Assembly (NCBI GenBank): GCA_963790475.1
Contig: CAWBOS010000012.1
Location: 832,001-896,000, forward strand
Reading direction: 5' to 3'
DNA: 64,000 nucleotides
Source of the DNA: an uncultured delta proteobacterium
GTDB taxonomy: Bacteria > Desulfobacterota > RBG-13-43-22
Below are positions 48,887 to 58,966 of this stretch, piece by piece. Made by a program: the position numbers and the translations under genes. The notes beneath the pieces are model-generated. The model saw only the letters and a list, made by a program, of their open reading frames with translations. It searched no databases and was not told the origin of the DNA. Position 1 is the stretch's first letter. Each line of letters starts with the position of its first letter.

Positions 48887-50482
48887 TCAGGATTTCCTGA
48901 ATTCCTTCTCCATCGCTTCCTTGGCGGGTTTTACGTACATCTCTCTCAATTTCGGCTTTTCAATCTTGCCGGCCGGGTTTCGAGGTATATTGGTATAGAT
49001 AATCTTTTCAGGCCATTTGAACTTGGCAAGTCCCTTCTCTTTGCAGAAATCGAGAACTTCCTCATCAGTGAGTGTCTGACCCGGCCTGGTTTGGATCACT
49101 GCTAAAACGATCTCCACGAGTCTGGGATGGGGATAGCCCATCACGGCGATGTCCTGTACCTTTGGGTGTTTAAGTAAGAAGCCCTCTATTTCCACAGGAA
49201 AGATGTTTTCGCCGCCCCGGATAATGAGATCCTTGGCCCTGTCCACGAAGCAGAAAAACCCCTCTTCATCCCGGTACGCCAGGTCACCGGTGTGGAGCCA
49301 CCCCTTTTCGATGGTCCTGGCCGTCATCTCGGGATTGTAGGCATACTGCTTCATGAGCCGGGGCCCCTTCAGCAGAAGTTCGCCGACCACCTTGGGAGGA
49401 CATTCCTTCCCTTTGTCATCCACCACCTTCGCCTCCATGAAAACGGTGGGTTTACCGATGGAGCCCGGTTTTCGCATTATGTCTTCGTCGTAGAGGTTGA
49501 TGGTCCCGCCGCCTCCTCCTTCCGTGATCCCGTAAATGTTGGCGATGGGCAGCTTTGGAAAGACCTTCTTTGAATTTTCGAGCAACACATAGGGAACGGG
49601 CTGGGCGCCGATCTCGATATGGGTCAAGGCACTCAGATCGTAGTCTTCCATCTTCACCTCTCCCGACAGTATGGCATCGATTACGTCCGACCAAACCGGG
49701 ACCGTGTTCCACCCGCCCGTACATTTTTCGTCGGCGAGGGAGCGCAAATAGTATTTCGGCTGGAGCTCCATGGGCATAAGGATTTTGCCCGCGGCGATGT
49801 ATGAGGGAAATGAAAGAAAGAGCGTGCCACTGTGATAGAAAGGATGGGGGGAGAGATAGACGCTTTTGTAACCTTCATTGTAAGTCAAGGCGTTGCCGAT
49901 TCCGATATAAAAGAGGTTGCTGTGGGTATGGCAGACCGGTTTGGGGGCGCCTGTCGTCCCCGAGGTAAACATGAGCTCGGCCATATCGTCGTCTGCCGTG
50001 TCAACGAGCACAGGGGCCGGATCCCCCTTTTCCATGATCTGTTGGTAAGAGACCATCCCCGGCGGGTTTTGTTCTCCGACGCATAGGTATTTTTTTACGT
50101 AATTCATCTCCTTCATAATGGGCTCCACCCTGGGTAGAAAACCTTCGCCGAGAATGAATACTTTACACTGGGTCACATCGGCCGCATATTTAATGTCCGA
50201 GCCTGCAAAACGGAAGTTGAGCGGGGTCACGGTTGCCCCCGTTTTCAGGACAGCCATGTAGCACACGTACCACTCAATGCTATTCATCATCAGATGAACG
50301 ACAATGTCTCCTTTCCTGATCCCGCACTCCTTCACCATGTAATTGGCCAGCTTATTCGTCTGATCGTCGATCTCTGCCCAGGTGATCGCTTTGCGTATCC
50401 CTTTCGAGGGATAGCTTTCGATGATAAACTCTCTCCCGGGAAACTTGCTCGCATTGAGCCAACAAAACCGTGCAAAGTTCAT
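48887..50482 (-). CDS. Acyl-CoA synthetase (AMP-binding)
   Basis: FTSGTTGAPK, YGITEG, WLHTGD, RGGENIFP, PRNPAGK. Confidence 0.93.
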   Translation of the reverse strand: MNFARFCWLNASKFPGREFIIESYPSKGIRKAITWAEIDDQTNKLANYMVKECGIRKGDIVVHLMMNSIEWYVCYMAVLKTGATVTPLNFRFAGSDIKYAADVTQCKVFILGEGFLPRVEPIMKEMNYVKKYLCVGEQNPPGMVSYQQIMEKGDPAPVLVDTADDDMAELMFTSGTTGAPKPVCHTHSNLFYIGIGNALTYNEGYKSVYLSPHPFYHSGTLFLSFPSYIAAGKILMPMELQPKYYLRSLADEKCTGGWNTVPVWSDVIDAILSGEVKMEDYDLSALTHIEIGAQPVPYVLLENSKKVFPKLPIANIYGITEGGGGGTINLYDEDIMRKPGSIGKPTVFMEAKVVDDKGKECPPKVVGELLLKGPRLMKQYAYNPEMTARTIEKGWLHTGDLAYRDEEGFFCFVDRAKDLIIRGGENIFPVEIEGFLLKHPKVQDIAVMGYPHPRLVEIVLAVIQTRPGQTLTDEEVLDFCKEKGLAKFKWPEKIIYTNIPRNPAGKIEKPKLREMYVKPAKEAMEKEFRKS

Positions 50483-50901
50483 GGCGTTCCTTTCTTCTGA
50501 TGGCTTAGTTAAGGTAATTTATTAAAAATAATGATAGATAAAAAGTAACCTTTGGTCAAACATAAAATAACATGGCCGGTAATGCCTCAGTCCCACGCGG
50601 AGTTGTGGAGAGGTAATACTTCAAAATTAGGGACTCCTTCATCCGGAAATCCACAACAAGACAACCATTCCCCTTTCACATAAGTGGTTATTAACTTTGA
50701 TTTTTAAAATTCATTGGGTTATTGTGCGCTTGGACAAAGGTCGAATAGATACTGAAAACCAAAAAATTAAAGAGTACTGACAGTCTTTTCCAAAATAGCC
50801 CAGACTCGGATTCCAGCTAAGATTTCTCATCTTCAAAAGAAGGCAAACTTTAACCGAAAATTATTCAAAAAAAGTCTTCCGGGGAAAAAGCACCACAAAC
50901 T

Positions 50902-51926
50902 ATGGAAAACAAAACTTCTCTATTCTTTCATCACTTCTTTCTTTTTTTGGGCTTCCTGAAGATGCCAGGGAAACTCATCCTTTGGGGTATGCAAACATAG
51001 GCAGCCAGGGGACAGTGCCCACCTACCCTTTCGGCTATCCCCTTATTATGGCCGCTTTCATTAAGATTTTCGGTCTTCGGGGGGCCTATTGGGTAACTCC
51101 CCTTTTGGCTGGGGGAACTATTCTTCTCACTTACTGGCTTGGGAGGGCATTCCTTGGCGTGTTGGGAGGGATCATTGCCGCAGGCCTTGTTTTGTTTTTG
51201 CCCAACTTTCTTCATAGTTCATTTTTCCCAATGAGCGATGTTCCGGCTACCTTTTTTCCCGCCCTCGCTCTCGTATCCTTACTGGTTATGCGTCCCTCTC
51301 GCCTCGCCGACCTACTCCTGGGGGCTTCCCTTGGTTTTGGGATATGGGTCCGTCCGAATATGATCTTGTTGGTGCTACCGATAGCGGTCTGGTTTGTTGT
51401 TCGTAAAGAATGGCCGAGGCTGATCCGTTTTAGCTTAATAATTTTTCCTTTTATCTTGGTTAATGGTCTCCTGAATGGATACTTATTGGGGTCTGTCTGG
51501 ACTACGGGCTATGCGAATATTCCCATAGGGGACACTTGGCCGAATTCTCTGGCCCGGGGTGCCTGTCACTTAGTGCGATTGCATGATCAACAAGCAGGCC
51601 TTGGGATTTCCCTGTTCCTTTTAGGGTTCTTATTCGGAAGGCTATCTTTGGCCTTGCGTTTACTTCTGGCCGGTGTGTTTGTCGTTTTTTTGGTTTTCTT
51701 CTCCGCCTACCGCTGGGATGATGCCTGGTGGTACTTCCGATTTCTGCTCCCGACTATGCCCGCAGTGGCGGTTTTGGAAGCATCTTTCCTAAGGCAATTC
51801 ATGTCAACCGGGAAATGGAGAAAGCGGAACAGCGCCTTAACATTGTTGTTTTTTTCTGTTTTGGCCTGGGCTTCTATTAATTTCAGCAACGAACATTTTG
51901 TATTTAATGACCGGATTTCTGAAAAG
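50902..51926 (+). pseudogene. Truncated GT-C (PMT/ArnT-like) membrane glycosyltransferase
   Basis: YPFGYP, PMSDVPA, VRPN, YFRFLLP. The upstream ATG is out of frame and the ORF has no stop of its own, running antisense into acoC. Confidence 0.6.
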
Positions 51927-53162
51927 TCAGACCATCAATCGCGTTTCTTCCAGATTATCTTTGATGGTTTTCAGAAACTGCCCGGCCAGCGCGCCATCGA
52001 TGATACGGTGATCGAATGTCAGGCTGAGGGCCAGCCGTGGTTCGGCCACCACCAATCCTTCGCGGACCCAGGGTTTTTCAATGATGCGCCCCACACCGAG
52101 AATCGCGCTTTCCGGCGGGTTGATGATGGGGGTGAAATGATCGATATCACTGCTTCCCATATTAGTAATGGTAAAGGTACCGGCTTGGAGATCATCGGGA
52201 AGCAGCCTCTTGCCGGCCGCTTTCTCTGCCAGTTCGTCCAGTTCTCCTGAAATGTCCCGGATAGATTTTGTGTCGGCGTTCCGGATTTTGGGTACGAGCA
52301 GGCCGTCACCGAAATCCATGGCCACGCCGATATGAATCTGCTCCCAGATTTTAATATCCTGACCGGCTACCGAAGCATTGAGCAGGGGATAGCGACGCAG
52401 CGCCAGAGCGGCGGCCTTGACAATGATCGCGTTATAAGAAACCGGGGACGCTTCTTCCTCCCGCGGATCATTAAGAGCCAATCTCAGGTCACGCAATTGA
52501 AGGGCGGAAGCTTCAGTATGCAGAGTTAACTGGGCCTGGGTCGTCAGGCTCAGCATCATGTTTTCGCTGATTATCTTTCTGATTCCGCGTATGGGAATTT
52601 CTTGAGCGGTAGTGAGCAGCGGGGATGGCCGGAGATCATCATCCCTTTCAGCAGGCTTTTTGCTGAGGGCCTCCACGGCCCGTTCCACATCCTCCAACAT
52701 GATCCGCCCTCCGGCTCCGCTGCCGGGAATGGTATGCAGATCAATACCCTGTTCAATCGCCAGTTTTCTGGCGACAGGCGTGGCGATGATGCGACCACCG
52801 CCGGCCGGAGGCCGGTCGCCGATCGCCAGGGAGCCCTTTTGCCCACCTTGCTCCCGGTTTGCGGGAGCCTCCGGCGACTTTGTCTGACTGGCGGCCTGGC
52901 GATCTCCTAAAGCCTTCAGTTCAATTTCATCGACGGCAATATACCCGATCACTTCTCCGACCGCGAAACGTTGTCCGGGCGAGGCAATCGGATAAACCAA
53001 TCCCGAAGCCGGCGCCGGTACCTCAAAAGTAACCTTGTCGGTTTCGATTACACAAACAATCTGTTTTTCGGCAACAGGATTTCCGGCCTGGATCAACCAT
53101 TGGGCGACCGTGGCTTCCTTCATAGTCAGACCAAGCTTGGGGATTTTAATCTCTACAGCCAT
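51927..53162 (-). CDS. acoC: Dihydrolipoamide acyltransferase E2 (AcoC-like)
   Basis: Lipoyl ETDKV, E3-binding ATPVARK, FDHRIIDGA. Confidence 0.88.
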   Translation of the reverse strand: MAVEIKIPKLGLTMKEATVAQWLIQAGNPVAEKQIVCVIETDKVTFEVPAPASGLVYPIASPGQRFAVGEVIGYIAVDEIELKALGDRQAASQTKSPEAPANREQGGQKGSLAIGDRPPAGGGRIIATPVARKLAIEQGIDLHTIPGSGAGGRIMLEDVERAVEALSKKPAERDDDLRPSPLLTTAQEIPIRGIRKIISENMMLSLTTQAQLTLHTEASALQLRDLRLALNDPREEEASPVSYNAIIVKAAALALRRYPLLNASVAGQDIKIWEQIHIGVAMDFGDGLLVPKIRNADTKSIRDISGELDELAEKAAGKRLLPDDLQAGTFTITNMGSSDIDHFTPIINPPESAILGVGRIIEKPWVREGLVVAEPRLALSLTFDHRIIDGALAGQFLKTIKDNLEETRLMV

Positions 53163-53337
53163 ACAAATACCTCAGGTTGCCGCCAGGGCGGCTTTCAGGG
53201 GTCAGTCCTCAGCGGCAAAAACCAGTTTAAAGTTTGGTAACACTTTAGCCTTATAAAAAAAACTGTTAAATCCTGTCTGATAAAAGTACTGGAATTTCAA
53301 AAAGCTAAACGATACAAAGTCTGGTATCGTAAGGCCA

Positions 53338-54312
53338 TCACTTCATAATCGAGCGGATGGCATTGCTGATGGCGGGCTCACCGGGCAGATAGGCCGCCTC
53401 CAAAATAGGTGAAAAGGGCACCGGACAAAAAGGCGCCCCGAGGCGCATAATGGGGGCATCCAAATAATCAAAGGCTTTTTCGGCTACCAGGGCGGCGATC
53501 TCGGCACCGCATCCGGCGAACTTGACCGCCTCATGAACTATGATCAGGCGATGGGTTTTTTTGACCGATTCCAGGATAGCGGTTTCATCCAGAGGCTGCA
53601 GGCTGCGCGGGTCCAGGACCTCGACACTGAGGCCATCGGGTTCGGCCTTTTCAGCCGCGCTCAGGGCGTGTTGAACCATATGCCCGGTGGCCACCACGGT
53701 GACATCCGTTCCCGGCCGTTTGATATCGGCACTGCCGATGGCAATCGTGTAGGATCCTTCGGGTACTTCGCCTTTGATGCCATACAGCAACTTGTGCTCC
53801 AGGCAAATGACCGGATTGTCGTCCCGGATGGCGGTGATCAACAAACCCTTGGCATCGTAAGGCGTGCTGGGCATGACTACCTTGATACCCGGGATGTGCA
53901 TGAAAAAGGCCTCCAGCGACTGGGAATGTTGCGCCCCGGCCCCTACGCCGGCTCCAAAGTTGGCGCGCACCACCATGGGGATTTTGGCCTTGCCGCCGAA
54001 CATAAAGCGCATCTTGGCCGCCTGGTTGAGAATCTGGTCCAGGCAAACGCCGATGAAATCGACGAACATCAGAGAGACCACCGGCCGCAAGCCCAGGGCC
54101 GCCGCCCCGGCGGCGGCGCCCACGAAGCCGCTTTCGGTGATGGGGGTGTCTATCACCCTTTTCTCACCGAATTTGGCGTACAGCCCTCCGGTTGTACCAA
54201 ATGCCCCCCCGGCCTGACCGATATCCTCGCCGATCAGGAAGACCTCGGGGTCCCTTTCCATTTCCAATTCCATCGCGTTTCTGATGGCTAAAGACATATT
54301 CATCTGGGTCAT
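53338..54312 (-). CDS. acoB: TPP-dependent dehydrogenase E1 beta (acetoin/pyruvate type)
   Basis: GEDIG, DTPITE, NQAAKMRFMFGG, AQHSQS, PSTPYDAKGLL. Confidence 0.88.
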   Translation of the reverse strand: MTQMNMSLAIRNAMELEMERDPEVFLIGEDIGQAGGAFGTTGGLYAKFGEKRVIDTPITESGFVGAAAGAAALGLRPVVSLMFVDFIGVCLDQILNQAAKMRFMFGGKAKIPMVVRANFGAGVGAGAQHSQSLEAFFMHIPGIKVVMPSTPYDAKGLLITAIRDDNPVICLEHKLLYGIKGEVPEGSYTIAIGSADIKRPGTDVTVVATGHMVQHALSAAEKAEPDGLSVEVLDPRSLQPLDETAILESVKKTHRLIIVHEAVKFAGCGAEIAALVAEKAFDYLDAPIMRLGAPFCPVPFSPILEAAYLPGEPAISNAIRSIMK

Positions 54313-54324
54313 GATATCCTCCTG

Positions 54325-55290
54325 TCAGGCATAAACGTCATTTAAAAGATCGGAAACATCCGGCACCGGGCTCTTTTCGGCAAAGGAAACCGCCTCTTCG
54401 ATCTCCTGCCGGATGGCGGCATCCAGGGCCTCCAGTCGACCGGGGTCGACCAGTCCCTGTTCGATCAGCTGTTTTTTAAAACGCAGGATAGGATCTTTGG
54501 ATTCGGATTGCCATTGGGCGACTTCCTCTTTGGTTCGGTAGACCTCGGGATCCCCCACATAATGGCCGCGGTGGCGATAGGTGCGAAACTCCAGCATGGA
54601 CGGACCATGTCCCTTTCGTGCCCTTTGGATGGCCTCGCCGGAGGCTTCATGGACGGCCATGACATCATTCCCGTCCACTGAAATCTGGGGCATGCCGTAC
54701 CCCGCTGCCCGATCGCAAATGCATTCGATACGCTGGTGATCGGCCTGACGGGTGAATTCGCCGAAGCCGTTATTTTCGACGGCGAAAATAACCGGCAGGT
54801 TTTTTACCGAGGCCAGGTTCATGGCCTCGTGGACGGTGCCCTGGTTGGAGGCGCCGTCGCCGAAAAAGGAGACGCAGACGTCGTCGGTCCCCCGGTACCA
54901 GGCTGCCAGACCGGCACCCGCCGCCAGGGGCGGGCCGCCGCCGACGATGCCGTTAGCGCCCAGGATGCCGAGGTCCAGATCGGCGATGTGCATGGAGCCG
55001 CCTTTCCCCTTGCAGTAACCGGTGGATTTGCCGAACAACTCGGCCATCATTTTTTTGATATCACCGCCCTTGGCAATCAAATGGCCGTGACCGCGATGGG
55101 TGCTGGTAATGAAGTCACTGGTGCGCAGGTTGGCGCAAACGCCGGCGGCCACGGCCTCCTGGCCGATATAAAGATGGACGAAGCCGGAAATTTTGGCGGC
55201 CATCACCAGCGCCTCCAGCTTTTCCTCAAAGCGACGGATTTTCAGCATGGTGCCGAACAGGTTGATCATGGTTTCTTTAGAAACAGTCAT
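54325..55290 (-). CDS. acoA: TPP-dependent dehydrogenase E1 alpha (acetoin/pyruvate type)
   Basis: HLYIGQEA, THRGHGH, GKGGSMH, GDGASNQG...ENN, YRHRGH. Confidence 0.88.
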   Translation of the reverse strand: MTVSKETMINLFGTMLKIRRFEEKLEALVMAAKISGFVHLYIGQEAVAAGVCANLRTSDFITSTHRGHGHLIAKGGDIKKMMAELFGKSTGYCKGKGGSMHIADLDLGILGANGIVGGGPPLAAGAGLAAWYRGTDDVCVSFFGDGASNQGTVHEAMNLASVKNLPVIFAVENNGFGEFTRQADHQRIECICDRAAGYGMPQISVDGNDVMAVHEASGEAIQRARKGHGPSMLEFRTYRHRGHYVGDPEVYRTKEEVAQWQSESKDPILRFKKQLIEQGLVDPGRLEALDAAIRQEIEEAVSFAEKSPVPDVSDLLNDVYA

Positions 55291-55349
55291 AAGTGTTCTC
55301 CCTTCATCCGCTTATAGGGGATCGTGTTATTAGATTTCTTGTTCCTTAT

Positions 55350-55505
55350 TAACGGGACGCGAAAATCTCTTTTTTTACAGGTTGCTCAAAAAGGTCCAAA
55401 TACAAGGCGCCCGAAACCCCGAGGAATGAGGCGTACATCGAAGTACGCCGCAATGACGAGGGGTGAGGGCAACGCAGTAGATGGGCCTTTTTCAGCAATC
55501 TGTTA
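55350..55505 (+). mobile_element. MITE-like element, copy 3 (core 55378-55502)
   Basis: 125-bp core homologous to 15396-15520. Confidence 0.8.
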
Positions 55506-55510
55506 ATCCA

Positions 55511-56121
55511 TCAATGCATTTCCATGCCGCCGTCCACATTTATGGCCTGCCCGGTAACGTGCCTTGCTTTTACCAGATAAAGCACCAGGTCAGCCACATC
55601 TTCCGGGGTCTGAGCCTGGCCTTGGGGAATCGTACTCACATGACGTTGCCAGGATTCCTCGATGCTCTCCTCAGGTCTTTTGAAGGTTCGGGCCAGATAT
55701 TCCCACATGGCGGTGTAAACGATGCCGGGACATACGGCGTTTACCGTAATATTTGTTTTGGCCAGCTCTTTGGCCAGGGCGTTGGTGAATCCGACGACTG
55801 CAAACTTGGAGGCGCAATAAGCCGACATGGTAGGAACCCCATTCTTACCGGCAACAGAGGCGATGTTGACTATGGAACCCCAGGGTTGTCGGCGTAAATA
55901 GGGTATAACGAACTTGCAGCACAAAAAGACCCCTTTGACATTGATGTCCATGATGCGCTGCCAGTCTTCGACAGACATGTTTTCTACCAAAGCAGACTGC
56001 ACAACGCCGGCGTTGTTGACAGGATGTCGGCACCGGCCGCTGCCAGGGCCAGGGCCACCGCCTTGCCGATACCCCGGCCGGCCCCGGTCACCAGGGCAAT
56101 TTTTCCTTCCAATTCGCTCAT
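55511..56121 (-). pseudogene. SDR oxidoreductase (acetoin/butanediol-dehydrogenase-like) with internal deletion and frameshift
   Basis: MSELEGKIALVTGAGRGIG...GADI is joined out of frame to VNNAG; catalytic YCASK intact downstream. Confidence 0.8.
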
Positions 56122-56336
56122 CCGCTTTTGAACCCCTCTCTAATGAATTCACCCCAATAACTTCTATATTCCTGGTGAGATGTCAAGATTTTTTCTGCGA
56201 ATGTTGGACTGCTTAACCCGGTATTCTGAAGGAAATAACTAATCCGGGCTTACCCCCATACCCAGGGATCAGAAAGAATAATATCAGGTAATAGCATTAA
56301 TATCTATTTAGCTTTTGAAATTCAAAAACTTTCTTA

Positions 56337-56514
56337 GACAGGATTTACAGGATTACTTTGCATTTTGTGCCTTTCCACCTGCTGGCAGGCAGGGAAAGGC
56401 ACAAACAATATAGTCCTGTGGATAGAAGCCTTAATTTCCGCTGGAAGCGGATCGAGGTTGCTCAGGGCCTGACAGGACCTGAGCAAAATATCTGTAAATC
56501 CTGTTGATCCTGTC
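56337..56514. repeat. Composite palindromic element with GACAGGATTTACAGGAT / ATCCTGTTGATCCTGTC ends
   Basis: 9-mer-repeat terminal IRs and three internal hairpins. Confidence 0.6.
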
Positions 56515-56777
56515 AGATATTTTTCTTCATAAGCCTAAAGTTACAAGCATTATTCCTTATTCCTGACCAACTTTTGACCGGCCTTAATGACGAACCAGCA
56601 TTCAAGAATGGGGGCATTCATCGCCTAGGCCTCTCACCAAGGCCGATAAAAAAGTTTACGGATTTTGAAAAACATGGTATTCGGGTATCAGTAGTCTTTT
56701 CCCCCTAGGTGAGTTCAGGGAAGAATAGGGAGGAACAAGGAAGGTAATCTTCCGCTGTCCTTTCCGAAAAAAAAGAG

Positions 56778-57710
56778 GTGGTAATGAAACCATGGCCGCT
56801 GAAGTTTTTATTCATTATTTTTCCCTTTTTATTGGCCCTCGACTCCTTCGCTGCCGAACCTGTTAACCTTCACTCCCTTCTGAGCAACCTCATCCAAAGG
56901 ATTCCTCTCCGACAGGATTCGTCCCTGACCGGAACAGCATTCGCACGGACTATCGCGGCCCTGGAGGGACCGGAACGGGAAAAGGCCATCCTGGCCCGAT
57001 TGTCCGAAGGAATTATTCCCGACTACCTGAGAAAATTAAAGGCAGTGTATTTGAGCCATAGATTCAAAGACGGTCATATCGTCAAGGCCACGATCTTTGT
57101 CATGCCCGACTACCTGTCGATCGGTTCGGACCAGGATTTTCTGCTCATCCCGGTGAATCTTCACACAGCCCTGGAAATAGCGGGTCGGCTTGGGTTCATC
57201 CTTCCGACCAAAAAAATGGTCGACCAAATCGTCCAGCAGTCGAATTTTCGTTTCAGCCCTCAACCCCTGCCGGCATGCTCCCAGATGAGATCCACGGCCT
57301 ATTACCTGAAGCACAACCAGATGATCATGGAACAACGCTCGGCTTCAGGTTGCCCTTTGGACGCCCTGGTGTCCGGTCACAAAAAAGATGTGGTCCTGAC
57401 CAATCGTTTGGAAAAGGCCATCGGAAAAATCGCCATTTACGGCTGGCACCGCCTTTCCGGCCTTCCCATTCAACCCCTGAGCACCGTTCATGGGGCCAAT
57501 TACGCCGATTACAGTCACGGGATCCGTCTGGTCAGCGAAACTGTTTTAATCGACGGGAAACCCTGGTCCATTTACGATGTTTTGGAAGATCCGAAGCTGG
57601 CGGCGGTTTTAAGCGACGAAGGACCAATGCCGGGAATCAGAAGATTCCTGGCCCTTCATTATCCTCAGAAGGAAAACTCCTTGATCTCCCGTAAGTCCGA
57701 TCGTTTTTGA
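56778..57710 (+). CDS. Exported conserved hypothetical protein
   Basis: Signal peptide; PDYLSIGSD, GHKKDVV, IYGWH, IQPLSTVH, YADYSHGIRLV. Confidence 0.8.
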   Translation: MVMKPWPLKFLFIIFPFLLALDSFAAEPVNLHSLLSNLIQRIPLRQDSSLTGTAFARTIAALEGPEREKAILARLSEGIIPDYLRKLKAVYLSHRFKDGHIVKATIFVMPDYLSIGSDQDFLLIPVNLHTALEIAGRLGFILPTKKMVDQIVQQSNFRFSPQPLPACSQMRSTAYYLKHNQMIMEQRSASGCPLDALVSGHKKDVVLTNRLEKAIGKIAIYGWHRLSGLPIQPLSTVHGANYADYSHGIRLVSETVLIDGKPWSIYDVLEDPKLAAVLSDEGPMPGIRRFLALHYPQKENSLISRKSDRF

Positions 57711-57719
57711 AATACAGAT

Positions 57720-57910
57720 TTCACCGCAGACGCAAAGGCCGCAAAGTTTAAAAATTATTGATCGCCGGTGAGAGGCCGGCGATCAATAGTCTATGCTGCC
57801 CTTCAGGTAATTATTCGGCTGGAGGCCAGAGCTGTGTTTTTATTCCATCCCACCTTCATGGGATTGAATAAAAATAATTCTCTCTGCGATCTTTGCGGCT
57901 TTGCGGTGAA
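57720..57910. repeat. Composite palindromic element (TTCACCGCA...TGCGGTGAA)
   Basis: CGCAAAG-type repeated terminal IRs; internal hairpin with a TGAGAGG loop. Confidence 0.65.
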
Positions 57911-57943
57911 TAAAAATGTTTTCAAAAGCCTGAGGTGTTTCTT

Positions 57944-58966
57944 CTATTTTTCTTCAATCGATTTGCAGCATCGAAAGCCCAGGTGATAATTGTGGTGACT
58001 GTCCGGGTCCATCACCCGGCTTCCGTGCCAGAAGGGGGCCCGCCAGCGGCACCAGTCCGGATGGGCGTAGTAGGTGTCGAAAATAAACCAGCTTCCCTTC
58101 ATCTCCGTGTATCCCAATTCCAGGCTGCCTCGACTGGCCATCTGGCTTTCATTCAAAGGAAGGTTCATATGTTCGGCCGCATTGCCCTCGAGATCATAGA
58201 CGCCTAAGGCGCTGCGGCAGTCGGGATAAGAGCCGGCCGGGAAGGTATTGGACCCGCAGCCGGTCCAACTCCCTCCGGTACAACCGGGGGTCTTGTGGCT
58301 GGAAGCGGCACATATCCCTTTTTCATAGTGATCGCCGTAAGCCCAGTTCTTATGGGCCTCGTAGAACTTATTATGGGCCTGTCTCATTCTGGCGATGGCC
58401 GTCCGGGGAGGGACTCCCCTGGCCAGGTCAAACCGGTAATCCGGCGGCAGGAGGGCACCGGCACAGGCCCCCTCCCATTCATGGGCGTCGCACAGGCGCT
58501 TGCCCACCGCCCGGCAAATCTGGGCGGCTTCGCGGGCCCTCACCCAGACTACCGGATAGGCACAGGGGATGTCGGGAAATTCGAACTGATCGATACAGGC
58601 CTTGGCCTCCTCGGCCTTTTCCTTGGCCGGATTATAAAGGGGGGCCATGAATTTCGCCCCACAGATTTTTTCAAAGGTCTGATTTTCATAAACGACTTTG
58701 AGCCGATCGAGTTTTTCCTGACAGGCCTGGGGAGTCATGGGGTGCTCGGTGATAGCCGGATTGCCTTGGCCGATATAACCGGATTTGTTGAATATGTCCC
58801 GCACGTCCTCCATTTGCCGATAGGACAGGCCGTGGACCTGCTTAAGCTGTTCAAGAAGATGGGCGTTCCTTTCTTTGAGGGACTGGGCGGGTACCGGCGT
58901 CCAGGAAAAAAGAACCGTACCGGCCGTCATCAGAACTACCAGGGAAAACAATCGACTGATTTTCAC
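57944..58966 (-). CDS. Exported FGE-sulfatase (SUMF1-fold) domain protein, Cys-rich
   Basis: CIDQFEFP, GKRLC..EWEGAC, GVYDLEGNAAE, KGSWF, GFRCC. Confidence 0.85.
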   Translation of the reverse strand: MKISRLFSLVVLMTAGTVLFSWTPVPAQSLKERNAHLLEQLKQVHGLSYRQMEDVRDIFNKSGYIGQGNPAITEHPMTPQACQEKLDRLKVVYENQTFEKICGAKFMAPLYNPAKEKAEEAKACIDQFEFPDIPCAYPVVWVRAREAAQICRAVGKRLCDAHEWEGACAGALLPPDYRFDLARGVPPRTAIARMRQAHNKFYEAHKNWAYGDHYEKGICAASSHKTPGCTGGSWTGCGSNTFPAGSYPDCRSALGVYDLEGNAAEHMNLPLNESQMASRGSLELGYTEMKGSWFIFDTYYAHPDWCRWRAPFWHGSRVMDPDSHHNYHLGFRCCKSIEEK

